54,547 nt of DNA from a virus (Duplodnaviria; Heunggongvirae; Uroviricota; Caudoviricetes), in IMG/VR virus record IMGVR_UViG_3300046477_000062, positions 1 to 54,547 of that record. One strand, 5' to 3'. The notes below the pieces were generated by a model. The model had not been told where the DNA came from. It worked only from the letters and a program-made list of their open reading frames with translations, and searched no databases. Position numbers and translations under genes: made by a program. Below, piece by piece: positions 44,214-53,902 of the stretch (positions are counted from its first letter, which is position 1; every line of letters starts with the position of its first letter).

Positions 44214-44385
44214 CGATGTACAAGACCGAACAGAAGCCGCGCGTCAAGAAAATCTCAGATGTGTTGGTTCCGGCCAAGTTCTCCCAGATGCGTACAACCC
44301 ACACAAACAACGCGACAAAAACAGTTGACATGTTCGCCCAAGTCTGGGATAATTCTTTCATCGCAACGAACACGGAGTTTCAGAC

Positions 44386-44739
44386 ATGAGTGCAATCGTC
44401 AAGACCGGTCCCGAAGTCATCGTCCGCATCGGTCAGTTCGTCACTGCGCTGGAAGCGTACTGCAACGAAGTCAGCACGGTGAAGCACATCTACTCGCATG
44501 TCATCGAAGCGCAAATCGGCAAGAAGTACGCCCGCATCGTGCGTCGTGACAAGTGGCCGGATCAGGAGCCGACTGGCGGTTCGGCGCACTGCTTCATCGA
44601 TCTGTCGAACGGCAACATCCTGAAGGCCGATGGTTGGAAGAAGCCCGCGCCGCAAGTTCGCGGCAACATCTTCAAGGAAGACTTCGACATCGGCCAAGGT
44701 AAGGCGGTTGGTGAGTTCGGCGCAGCGTACCTTCGATAA
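44386..44739 (+). CDS. Conserved-type phage hypothetical protein
   Basis: KKYARIV, SAHCFID..NG.ILKADGWKKPA...RGNIF; own promoter 44325-44353. Confidence 0.75.
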   Translation: MSAIVKTGPEVIVRIGQFVTALEAYCNEVSTVKHIYSHVIEAQIGKKYARIVRRDKWPDQEPTGGSAHCFIDLSNGNILKADGWKKPAPQVRGNIFKEDFDIGQGKAVGEFGAAYLR

Positions 44740-44748
44740 GGGGACTTT

Positions 44749-45045
44749 ATGGCAAAGAAATTCACGGAAGAACAGATTGCCGATGCGCGCAAGAGGCTTC
44801 AAGAGCGTGTCGGTGAAATGCTGAAGGATGTCGAGTTCGATGCGCTGGAACGCTTGAACAAGCTGCTTGACGATGAATCGTCGGGTCTGCTGGACACCGA
44901 ACTGAACAGCGAAGGGCAGTACGAAGCGCCGAAGAACTTCTTGGTTGCTCTGGGGCATCACCTGATCTGGGCCTACGGGAAGCCCTACGCGAAGAACGAC
45001 CGCAAGTGGTTGAACGCGATCAAGAAGCTGAAAGTCCGAATCTAA
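44749..45045 (+). CDS. Hypothetical protein
   Basis: RBS AAGGGG. Confidence 0.65.
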   Translation: MAKKFTEEQIADARKRLQERVGEMLKDVEFDALERLNKLLDDESSGLLDTELNSEGQYEAPKNFLVALGHHLIWAYGKPYAKNDRKWLNAIKKLKVRI

Positions 45046-45056
45046 AGGAAGAAGAA

Positions 45057-45302
45057 GTGAAGAACTGGTTTATCAATCGTTGGACATCCCTCAAAAACGC
45101 CGCGTTGTATGTGCGTGGCGTTTTCTCCCTGAAGTTGACGATCCTCTATGCCGCGATGACTGGCCTGTGCTGGTATGCGGACATCGGACCCATACACTTC
45201 ATCGGTCTGGTCGGTGTCGTTCTGCTGATCGACTGCATCTCCTATGCGCAAGGCGTCCGTGTCGAGCGCGACATCCAAAATCGAGTCCGCATCAAACAAT
45301 GA
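45057..45302 (+). CDS. Small membrane protein
   Basis: GTG start; two hydrophobic segments. Confidence 0.55.
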   Translation: MKNWFINRWTSLKNAALYVRGVFSLKLTILYAAMTGLCWYADIGPIHFIGLVGVVLLIDCISYAQGVRVERDIQNRVRIKQ

Positions 45303-45547
45303 CTGTCGAAGAAAACAAAGAAGACCTGTATCGAGTCCGCATTTATCTGAAGTCGGGGAATGTAATCGATCTGTTCAACCTGACATCGTTTAAGTACGAA
45401 CAGAACGCGTTTGGGAAAAGTCTGAACTGGAAACATCACCCGGACGATGACACGTTCAACCTGCTTGGCGGCGGCACGCTTAACCTCGATCAGATCGAAG
45501 CCGTCACGTCACGGAAGCAACAGGGGTTCGTAGGTTCGAAGGACTAA
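45299..45547 (+). CDS. Hypothetical protein
   Basis: ATGA coupling; IYLKSGNVI. Confidence 0.6.
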   Translation: MTVEENKEDLYRVRIYLKSGNVIDLFNLTSFKYEQNAFGKSLNWKHHPDDDTFNLLGGGTLNLDQIEAVTSRKQQGFVGSKD

Positions 45548-45715
45548 GACGGAAATAGCAGAGAAGTTTAAGGAATATCTGGAAACCGTTCAGGACTCCT
45601 ACCCGGAAGAATACTACTCAACTGACCGGGCGTTGGCTGCAAGCTTCATTGGTGATTTCCTCACGTTCATCAATGTGAAGTACAACTAAAGAAACTAGAG
45701 AAAGAAGAAAACAAC

Positions 45716-46783
45716 ATGAGCAACAATCTTCGCAAATTTCCCTCGATTGACCAGTACAAGAACGTGATCACGAACATCCGTCAGTACTGCAAAAAGCATG
45801 AACAGCCACTTCCGACCCTGACGTTCGAAGGCACGATCAAGCTGCATGGCACGAACGGCGGAATCGGTCTGAACCTCGCAACGGGTGAACTGTGGGCGCA
45901 ATCGCGCGAACGCATCATCACGCCGTATGACGACAATGCAGCGTTCGCCAAGTTCGTTGAAGCGAACAAGGAAGCATGGCGCGTTTTCCTCGCATCGGTA
46001 ATCGAATCGGATGCAACGAAGCTGGATGGTGCAACGTTCGCTGTAGAACGTCTTCAGACGGCCCGCGTAGTCATCTTTGGGGAATGGGCTGGTCCGAGCA
46101 TCCAGAAGGGCGTGGCGATCAGTCAAATCGCGTCCAAATCGTTCTTCCCGTTCGACATCAAGGTCTACATTCCGGGCGACGATGGCGAAGACGTTCTGGT
46201 CCTGTCGTATGACCCGATGGACTTCCCGATGCTGACGCTGATCCCGGATACGTACCGCATCGGTTCGTTCCAGAAACACACGCTGGACATCGACTTCAGC
46301 CGTCCGCAAGACTTCCAGAACGAACTGGTCGATCTGACGCTGAAGGTCGAAGAAAACTGCCCTGTGGCCGCTGAGTTTGGTCAATCGGGTGTAGGCGAAG
46401 GCATCGTTTGGTACAACCGCGAAACCGGTCTGCGCTTCAAGGTGAAGGGCGAGAAGCACTCGATGTCGAAGGTATCGACGGTCAAGCCGATCAGTGAAGA
46501 AGACCTCGCGCGTATCAGCACGATCAAGAACTTCGTGGACACGGTTGTCACGGAGAACCGTCTGAACCAAGGTCTGGACAAGCTGCGCGAGATGGGTAAG
46601 CCCCTCACGGTACAATCGACCGGCGACTTCATCAAGTGGGTTGTCGGTGACGTGCTGAAAGAAGAAATGGACCTGATCGTCGCGTCCATGCTGGACAAGA
46701 AAGAACTGAATCCGGCGATGTCGAACAAGGCGAAAGATTTCTACTTCGCATTCCTCAATTCGCAAGATTCGCTGGCTGCTTAA
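45716..46783 (+). CDS. RNA ligase, Rnl2-like family
   Basis: Motif I KLHGTN, QSR, FGEW, GEGIVW, FKVKGEKH. Confidence 0.87.
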   Translation: MSNNLRKFPSIDQYKNVITNIRQYCKKHEQPLPTLTFEGTIKLHGTNGGIGLNLATGELWAQSRERIITPYDDNAAFAKFVEANKEAWRVFLASVIESDATKLDGATFAVERLQTARVVIFGEWAGPSIQKGVAISQIASKSFFPFDIKVYIPGDDGEDVLVLSYDPMDFPMLTLIPDTYRIGSFQKHTLDIDFSRPQDFQNELVDLTLKVEENCPVAAEFGQSGVGEGIVWYNRETGLRFKVKGEKHSMSKVSTVKPISEEDLARISTIKNFVDTVVTENRLNQGLDKLREMGKPLTVQSTGDFIKWVVGDVLKEEMDLIVASMLDKKELNPAMSNKAKDFYFAFLNSQDSLAA

Positions 46784-46794
46784 CAAAGTTGGAA

Positions 46795-48069
46795 ATGATG
46801 GCAACAAAACCCAAATTCAAATTCACTGAAGAACAGAACACGGCTATTGCGGCCATCAAGGAATATGCGACGGAGATGTTTTCGCCGTCATGGTATTTCG
46901 CCTTCACCGGCCCCGCTGGTTCGGGCAAGACGGCGTGCATGATGGAAGTCCAGAAGGTCATGCAAGACCTCAACCTTCGGATCATCTTCACAGCACCGAC
47001 CAACAAGGCAGCAAAGGTTCTGCGCAACATCGTCGGCAAGGCACAGACCACGTATTCATTCCTGAATCTGCGCGTGTCGGCGGATGGTGAAATCAAACGT
47101 GTCGCACGCGGCAAAGACCCGGACCTGTCGCATCTCGATGTGCTGGTGGTTGATGAAGGTTCGATGGTCAACAAGGAATTGTTCGGGTATCTGAACGAAG
47201 CTGCGCAACGTTGGGGATTCAAGGTCATCTTCATGGGCGATTCGTACCAGTTGCCGCCCGTCAATGAGAAGGAATCCAAAGCACTGAAGGGTAAGTCGGC
47301 GGCAGCACTGACGACTGTGATGCGCCATGACAACCAAATCCTGACGTTCGCAACCAAGGTGCGCGAACAGATCGGTAAGGAACGTCCGCGTATCGAACTG
47401 GTTGATGACAACGACGACGAAGAAGGCGTCTGGGTTCTCGATCATGACGACTTCCAACACCTGATCTATGCCGCTGCACAAGAAGGTCACTTCAGCGATG
47501 GCGATACGGCAAAGGTTGTGGCATGGCGCAACGTCACGGTCGCTCGATATAACGACATCATCCGTCACGGCATCTTTGGTGATAAGGCACAACCCGGTTA
47601 CTTCCTGCTGAACGAACGTATCTCGGTTGGTTCGCCGTGTATGTGGGGTGATGTTCCCCTGATGCATACGGACGAAGGCGGTCTGATCACGGACATCAAC
47701 GTGCGCCGCCATCCGTTCTATGACGACTTCAAGGTCTTCGAACTGACGATCAAGCAGGACGAGACGGACAAGTTGGTAAAGCTGACTGCGGTTCACCCGG
47801 ACAGCAAAGATGACCTCGAAGACTACTTCTATGAACTGTCGAAGAAGGCGAAGCTGACGAAGAACTGGCGTGAGTTCTGGGAAGCGAAAGAGTATTTCCA
47901 TGACGTGCGCTATGGCTATGCAGAGACGGCCCACAAGTCGCAAGGTTCGACGTATCGAGATGTCTACGTGGACTCAGGCGACATCCTGCTGAACAAGAAC
48001 AAAGAAGAAGCGTACCGCTGCTTCTACGTTGGCTGCACGCGACCGACGACCCGACTGATTTTGGTTTAA
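46795..48069 (+). CDS. dda: SF1B helicase (Dda/RecD-like)
   Basis: GPAGSGKT, APTNKAA, VDEGSM, GDSYQLPPV, YAETAHKSQGSTY, YVGCTR. Confidence 0.88.
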   Translation: MMATKPKFKFTEEQNTAIAAIKEYATEMFSPSWYFAFTGPAGSGKTACMMEVQKVMQDLNLRIIFTAPTNKAAKVLRNIVGKAQTTYSFLNLRVSADGEIKRVARGKDPDLSHLDVLVVDEGSMVNKELFGYLNEAAQRWGFKVIFMGDSYQLPPVNEKESKALKGKSAAALTTVMRHDNQILTFATKVREQIGKERPRIELVDDNDDEEGVWVLDHDDFQHLIYAAAQEGHFSDGDTAKVVAWRNVTVARYNDIIRHGIFGDKAQPGYFLLNERISVGSPCMWGDVPLMHTDEGGLITDINVRRHPFYDDFKVFELTIKQDETDKLVKLTAVHPDSKDDLEDYFYELSKKAKLTKNWREFWEAKEYFHDVRYGYAETAHKSQGSTYRDVYVDSGDILLNKNKEEAYRCFYVGCTRPTTRLILV

Positions 48070-48082
48070 CAAGGAATCCTAG

Positions 48083-49273
48083 ATGAAGTTCCCCATCATT
48101 AACACGATTGAAGACGTTCTCCCGCACATCGAAGGAAAGACTGAGTTCGTCGTTGCAGAACGTGAAGGCTTCACCGTGATCAACTACATGGTTGCGTTTG
48201 ATACCACGTTCCCGGAATTGTATGGCCCGGACGATCAAGCAAACCTGATGTTGCGTGAATGCCGTGGCCTCATGTTTGATCGTGAAGGAAAGTTGATCAG
48301 CCGTCCGCTGCACAAGTTCTTCAACGTGAATGAACGTCCGTCCACGCAAGCCAAGGACATCGATCTGAGCAACGGCGACTTCGTTCTGCTGGAAAAGCTG
48401 GACGGTTCGTTCATCCGCCCGGTGCGCATCGACGGCATCATCCGTCTTTGTACGAAGATGGGGATTACTGAGCAATCGCATCAGGCCGAAGAATTCCTCG
48501 AAGGTCTGGAAGATGAAGAACTGCACAACGACTACTTCCGCTTCTTCGAAGACTACGTGGACGACTTCACGCCGATCTTCGAGTTCTGTTCGCGCAAGAA
48601 CCAAATCGTCATCGACTACCCGGAAGACAAGCTGGTCCTTCTGGCGATGCGCCACAACAAGACCGGTACGTACATTCGCTATAGCTCCCTGAAGAAGATT
48701 GCGAAGGTCTACAACGTCCCGGTGGTTCAGCCGTTGTTTGAAGCCGACGACTGCAACCAAGATTTCCCGGTTCGAATGGAAGACATCGTGGACCGCATCC
48801 GTCATCTGATCGGTGTTGAAGGTGGTGTGCTTCGCTTCAATGATGGTCGCATGTACAAGATCAAGGCCGAAGACTACTGCGTGAAGCATGGCGCGAAAGA
48901 CGGTCTGCTGCTTGAAAAGAACGTGCTGGCGACGTTCCTGAACGAGAAGCTTGACGATGTGTTGCCGCTGTTGGACGAAGCCTTCAGGAACCGCGTGGAC
49001 GAATATACGGAGATTGTCTCGCAAGGCATCTACCTGACCGTTCTGGATACCGAAATGGTTCTGCACTACATCAAGAAGAACTACGACACGCGCAAGGAAC
49101 AGGCGTTGTTCATCAAGGACAACATCCGTCCGTTCTCACAATCGTTGATGTTCGCTGGCCTCGATGGTAAGGACATTCGCCAGACGGTGATCCAGAAGCT
49201 TCTCTCGCATACCGACACGCAGACGCGCGTCGATTCGATCCGCGAATACATCGGGAATCCATCATGGGCCTGA
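48083..49273 (+). CDS. rnlA: RNA ligase 1 (T4 RnlA family)
   Basis: RECRGLMF, PLHKFFNVNE, EKLDGS, TPIFEF, EGGV, KIK. Confidence 0.92.
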   Translation: MKFPIINTIEDVLPHIEGKTEFVVAEREGFTVINYMVAFDTTFPELYGPDDQANLMLRECRGLMFDREGKLISRPLHKFFNVNERPSTQAKDIDLSNGDFVLLEKLDGSFIRPVRIDGIIRLCTKMGITEQSHQAEEFLEGLEDEELHNDYFRFFEDYVDDFTPIFEFCSRKNQIVIDYPEDKLVLLAMRHNKTGTYIRYSSLKKIAKVYNVPVVQPLFEADDCNQDFPVRMEDIVDRIRHLIGVEGGVLRFNDGRMYKIKAEDYCVKHGAKDGLLLEKNVLATFLNEKLDDVLPLLDEAFRNRVDEYTEIVSQGIYLTVLDTEMVLHYIKKNYDTRKEQALFIKDNIRPFSQSLMFAGLDGKDIRQTVIQKLLSHTDTQTRVDSIREYIGNPSWA

Positions 49274-49701
49274 TCTACCGCATCGAGAACGCAGAAGGAA
49301 AAGGCCCGTACCAAGGCATTACTGGTATGCGCGAACCGTTGCTTCCAATGCATTACAGCGACGAACATCCGTCCCCGGAAGACGATTCGAAGCTAGTCGG
49401 CAACGTTCGGAATTACATGCGCCGTCAGGATGATGAACGACTTCCAGAAGAACGGTCGGTGTGGACGTTCATCTACGGTGATTTCTTGTTTGGGTTTGAT
49501 TCGCAAGACCAACTTCGTCGTTGGGTCTACAACGATCAATGGATGAAAGACCTCGATGAAGCGGGGTTTCACCTGACCGTGTTGGACGTTCCAGACGACG
49601 AAATCATTGCTGGCTACACACAAGCAATCTTCAAACGTGATTCTGGTCGGCAGAAGTACCGATGCAAACTGTGCGATTTCTTCGCAATCCCAACTGAGTG
49701 A
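49264..49701 (+). CDS. Hypothetical protein
   Basis: IYRIE....GPY, HPSP, FGFDS..QL.RW. Confidence 0.7.
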   Translation: MGLIYRIENAEGKGPYQGITGMREPLLPMHYSDEHPSPEDDSKLVGNVRNYMRRQDDERLPEERSVWTFIYGDFLFGFDSQDQLRRWVYNDQWMKDLDEAGFHLTVLDVPDDEIIAGYTQAIFKRDSGRQKYRCKLCDFFAIPTE

Positions 49702-49705
49702 AAAC

Positions 49706-49981
49706 ATGGCAAAAGCAGAACTGAAAGTAGAACAAAAACAAATCGTCACCTACGAATATGTCGATTCGGTCACGCTGAAGCTGACGGTCGAAGAAGCGAA
49801 CCTCGTTCATGACATGTTGCATATGGCTGGTGGTTCGCCTACGAATTCTCGCCGTGAGATTGCCGATTCGGTGAAAGACGCCCTTCGCCAAGCTGGTGTC
49901 ACCGGTGGTCCATCCGATCAATACACCTACCCGCTGGACATCGAATCCGGTAGCGCCATCTACTTCAAGGAACAAGAATGA
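49706..49981 (+). CDS. Hypothetical protein
   Basis: ATG 49706. Confidence 0.65.
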   Translation: MAKAELKVEQKQIVTYEYVDSVTLKLTVEEANLVHDMLHMAGGSPTNSRREIADSVKDALRQAGVTGGPSDQYTYPLDIESGSAIYFKEQE

Positions 49982-50466
49982 AAGAACTGATTATGCTGGC
50001 CGGGATGCCGGGTTGTGGAAAGTCCACATATCGTGCGCCGTATGGGTTTGATGTCATCTCGTCAGACATTTACATCGAAGCCGCTGCTGAAGCGTGCCAG
50101 ACCACGTATAACGACATCTTCCCGATGATGGTGAAGCAAGCCCAAGAGAACGCAAACGCACATATGAAGTCGATGGTGGAATCTGGCGTCAAGACGATCA
50201 TCTGGGACCAAACCAATCTGACATCGAAGTCGCGCAAGTCCAAGCTGCAACAGTTCAACGAAGCCGGTGGTAAGGACTACCGCAAGATTTGCCTGTTCTT
50301 CGAACCGGACTGGCAACTGACGATGGAACGCAACGAAGCACGCAAGGCGTTCGGTCGCTCGATCCCGATGCACGTTCTGGAAAACATGTTCAACACGCAC
50401 CAGACTCCGAAGAAGGCCGATGGATTTGACTACGTGTTCCACGTTCCTGTGGATTCGCAGGTGTAG
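49978..50466 (+). CDS. P-loop polynucleotide kinase domain (AAA_33-like; no phosphatase domain)
   Basis: GMPGCGKST, SSD, WDQTNL..KSR, RN.AR....RSIP..VL. Confidence 0.85.
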   Translation: MKELIMLAGMPGCGKSTYRAPYGFDVISSDIYIEAAAEACQTTYNDIFPMMVKQAQENANAHMKSMVESGVKTIIWDQTNLTSKSRKSKLQQFNEAGGKDYRKICLFFEPDWQLTMERNEARKAFGRSIPMHVLENMFNTHQTPKKADGFDYVFHVPVDSQV

Positions 50467-50518
50467 CAACAAAGTTGGGACTGTGCTATAATGGCATCTC
50501 AACAAACATGGGAGTACC

Positions 50519-53017
50519 GTGAAGTTTTACCTCAACAGTAAGCAGTACGGCAACAACGTACTGGTGAGGGGTATCGAAAATGGGGAACGCTTCATTGAGA
50601 AGTTCCCCTTCCAACCGACCCTTTATTCGCGCGTCAACCGGGAAACCGGCTTCAAGTCCCTCGAAGGCGAACATCTTCTTCCGAAGGTCTTTGATGACAT
50701 CAACGGTGCGCGAGACTTTGTAAAGAAGTACCGGGACGTAGACAACTTCCCGATTTTCGGCAATACCGCCTATCAGTTCCAGTGGATCGCTGACAACTAC
50801 AAGGGCGAAATCGAGTACGATCTGGACCAGATCAAGGTCATGTCGATAGACATCGAAACGACCGTGAATTATGGCTTCCCAGACTACTTCGATCCCAAAG
50901 AAGAAATCACCCTGATCACCTGTCGCGATAAGGTCACGAAGGCCATCACTACCTTTGGATGTTGGGAATACATCCCCAAGAAGAAGGGCGTCACCTACGT
51001 TTACTGTCGAGACGAAATCGATCTGCTGTGCAAGTTCATCAACTTCTTCGCCAAGGACCATCCCGACATCATCACCGGATGGAACACGGACGGCTTCGAT
51101 ATTCCGTATCTCATTTGTCGATGCCGTAAGATCGTCGGTGAGGAAATCACGAAGAAACTTTCCCCGTTCGGCATCATCAAGCATCGAGATGTCGAAGTGA
51201 TGGGGAAGATGATTCAGGAATACGACATATATGGCATCGCGTCACTGGACTATCTGGCGCTGTTCCGTAAGTTCGCCTTCCTGAAGTTCGAGAACGAAAA
51301 GCTGGACACCGTGGCCTATGAAGTTCTGGGACGCAACAAGGTCGAAAACCCCTACAGTTCGTTCAAAGAGTTTTATCAGAAAGACCCAGAACTATTCACT
51401 GACTACAACATCGTTGACGTTGAACTTGTAGACGAACTAGAAGGTGAACTGAAGTTGATTGAGCTTGCGATTTCCATCGCGTACATGGCAAAGATCAATT
51501 TCGATGATGTGTATAGTCCAGTGAAGATGTGGGACACCATCATCTACAATCACTTGCTCGATCAAGGCATTGTCGTTCCGTTCAAGAAAGACACGTTCGA
51601 GAAGTCGATTGAAGGCGCATTCGTGAAGGATGTGCAGGTTGGTAAGCATGGTTGGTTGGCATCGTTCGACTTGGCAAGCTTGTATCCACACATCATCATG
51701 GCGCTAAACATGTCGCCCGAGACGATTGTTAATCGGATGATTGATGTCAGTGTCGAAGAACTGCTTGGTGGGGACCGCAGTAAAGTTCTACCGGGCCATT
51801 CACTGGCCCCGAACGGTTCGATGTACGACATGTCGAAGACGGGCTTCCTTCCGGTCCTGATGTCGAAGTACTACAACGGCAGAAAGGAAGTGAAGAACGA
51901 GATGTTGGATTTGAAGAAGCAGCTTGAAGCCAACCGACACGGTATGACGGCAGAAGAAATTCGCAAGATGGAAGCGAAGATCACGGCCAAGAAGAACATG
52001 CAGCAAGCCCTGAAGATCGCGATCAACTCGGCCTATGGCGCACTTGCACAGAAGTCCTTCCGATTCTTTGACACGCGCATCGCTGAAGGTATCACGATGT
52101 CCGGACAGTTGATCATCCGCACGGCAGAGAAGACGATCAACAGCTTCATGAACAACATGCTGAAGCCCGAGAAGCCGGTTGACTATGTGATTGCATCGGA
52201 TACGGATTCATTGTATGTGGCGCTGTCGCAGTTCGTGAACGCAGTCGCACCCGGCAAGACACAGGACGAGACGGTTGAGTTCTTGTGTAAGGTCTGTGAT
52301 GGCAAGCTGTCGAAGATTCTGAACGATGGCTGTGACGATCTGGCAACGACGATGAACTGGAACCTTGGCAAGATCGTCTTCAAGCGTGAAGCCATCGCAT
52401 CAACGGGTATCTGGGTCGGTAAGAAGATGTATGCGCTGATCGTGCATGATAATGAAGGCGTCCGTTACGAGAAGCCTGACCTGAAGGTGATGGGTCTGGC
52501 GCTGGTCCGGTCATCAACACCGAACATCGTGAAGGAACCGCTTCGTAAGTGCATCGAAGTGATTCTGACTGGTGACGAAGCCACGCTTCATAGTTACGTC
52601 CAAGAAGTCGAAACGATGTACATGAAACAGCCACATGAAGTGATCGCGTTCCCGCGTGGCGTCAACAACTTGGCTAAGTATCGTTCCAACAGCACGATCT
52701 ACGTCAAGGCACACTGCCCGATTCAAGTCCGTGCATCGCTGCTGTACAACCATCTTCTGAATGAACATGGCATGTCGGATCGTGAACCGATCCAAGAAGG
52801 CGGCAAGATGAAGTTCGTGTATCTGAAGGAACCGAACACCCTACATGAGAACGTCATTGGCTTTACTGACAAAATCCCGACAGAGTTCAACCTGATCCGA
52901 TACGTGGACTACAACACGATGTTCGATAAGTCGTTCATCGAACCGCTGAAGAAGCTGACGCAACCTATCGGCTGGTCCCACAAAGAAGTAGCAACCCTCG
53001 AAGGTCTGTTCGAATGA
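50519..53017 (+). CDS. gp43: Family B DNA polymerase
   Basis: DIET, GWNTDGFDIPY, FDLASLYP, KIAINSAYG, SDTDS; uninterrupted 832 aa. Confidence 0.98.
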   Translation: MKFYLNSKQYGNNVLVRGIENGERFIEKFPFQPTLYSRVNRETGFKSLEGEHLLPKVFDDINGARDFVKKYRDVDNFPIFGNTAYQFQWIADNYKGEIEYDLDQIKVMSIDIETTVNYGFPDYFDPKEEITLITCRDKVTKAITTFGCWEYIPKKKGVTYVYCRDEIDLLCKFINFFAKDHPDIITGWNTDGFDIPYLICRCRKIVGEEITKKLSPFGIIKHRDVEVMGKMIQEYDIYGIASLDYLALFRKFAFLKFENEKLDTVAYEVLGRNKVENPYSSFKEFYQKDPELFTDYNIVDVELVDELEGELKLIELAISIAYMAKINFDDVYSPVKMWDTIIYNHLLDQGIVVPFKKDTFEKSIEGAFVKDVQVGKHGWLASFDLASLYPHIIMALNMSPETIVNRMIDVSVEELLGGDRSKVLPGHSLAPNGSMYDMSKTGFLPVLMSKYYNGRKEVKNEMLDLKKQLEANRHGMTAEEIRKMEAKITAKKNMQQALKIAINSAYGALAQKSFRFFDTRIAEGITMSGQLIIRTAEKTINSFMNNMLKPEKPVDYVIASDTDSLYVALSQFVNAVAPGKTQDETVEFLCKVCDGKLSKILNDGCDDLATTMNWNLGKIVFKREAIASTGIWVGKKMYALIVHDNEGVRYEKPDLKVMGLALVRSSTPNIVKEPLRKCIEVILTGDEATLHSYVQEVETMYMKQPHEVIAFPRGVNNLAKYRSNSTIYVKAHCPIQVRASLLYNHLLNEHGMSDREPIQEGGKMKFVYLKEPNTLHENVIGFTDKIPTEFNLIRYVDYNTMFDKSFIEPLKKLTQPIGWSHKEVATLEGLFE

Positions 53018-53448
53018 GTGAAGGAACCCCAATCGAAGAAGTTTTGGAAGGGGTTTCTGACCTTCCAAACGCGAAGTTCAAGTTCCCGAACTACGCCCGG
53101 TTGGACGTGAAGAAGGTCGTGGTCTACGGTACGCGAATCATCGACACCGTAGACACGAAGTTTCACTATCGCCCAACCCTGTGTTTGTTCATGAACGATG
53201 TAGGCGATCCGCCGCAGACGCTTTGCCTTCACTGCAACGAGACGTTTAACGATGCAGAGACGATGGCACAGATGACTGTGGCATGGGCCTCGATGATGTT
53301 CAGTGATGTTTCCGTGAAGGTCGGCATCTTCGACTACGAGACGGACGAACGCATCGCCCACTTGGATGTTCGAGAGATGCAGCGCATGGAAACTGCAATC
53401 AACGAACTGAAAGAAATCCACCGCACCAACACAATGAGAATACATTGA
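53014..53448 (+). CDS. Hypothetical protein
   Basis: ATGA coupling to gp43. Confidence 0.65.
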   Translation: MSEGTPIEEVLEGVSDLPNAKFKFPNYARLDVKKVVVYGTRIIDTVDTKFHYRPTLCLFMNDVGDPPQTLCLHCNETFNDAETMAQMTVAWASMMFSDVSVKVGIFDYETDERIAHLDVREMQRMETAINELKEIHRTNTMRIH

Positions 53449-53690
53449 TCTTCTTTCAAATCTATCTGCTGTCCGTGGTCATCTGTCTTTCCCTGATGAT
53501 CCTTCTTAACAAGCTGCATGACGGAACGGTGACGGTGCATGACATGGCACTCAATCTGATCTTCAGCGTCATTCCATTCAGCAACATCGGTGCAGTGGTC
53601 CTCATGTCCTACATGACTTCAAAGAAGTTCGGCGTCACGTCCAGACTGTCTGACTGGTGGGATGAAGTCGGCCAAAAGAAGGTGTTCTGA
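53445..53690 (+). CDS. Small membrane protein
   Basis: TTG start; two hydrophobic segments. Confidence 0.55.
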   Translation: MIFFQIYLLSVVICLSLMILLNKLHDGTVTVHDMALNLIFSVIPFSNIGAVVLMSYMTSKKFGVTSRLSDWWDEVGQKKVF

Positions 53691-53902
53691 TGGAACTGTA
53701 CTTTCTCTGTTGCATTCCGATCTGGATTTGGCTATTGATTGGCACGGCTATCGCAGACAAGTCACTGACCGTTGGTGATGTGTTCCTGTTTGGTATCGCG
53801 GCAGTCATCCCGATCTTGAATGTCGTCGCGTCTGTCGCTGTACTTGTACATGTCCTGTTGTCGGCTCCGCTGAAACGGTTCTTCTCTTTTCGGATTATCT
53901 GA
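53690..53902 (+). CDS. Small membrane protein
   Basis: Hydrophobic; similar layout (LTVGDV ... IP.LN) to the upstream ORF. Confidence 0.6.
   Translation: MELYFLCCIPIWIWLLIGTAIADKSLTVGDVFLFGIAAVIPILNVVASVAVLVHVLLSAPLKRFFSFRII

Noticed and set aside
50519-53017. Intron, intein or split in the DNA polymerase (also checked for the terminase)
   Set aside because: Both read continuously at the expected length with all motifs in order.
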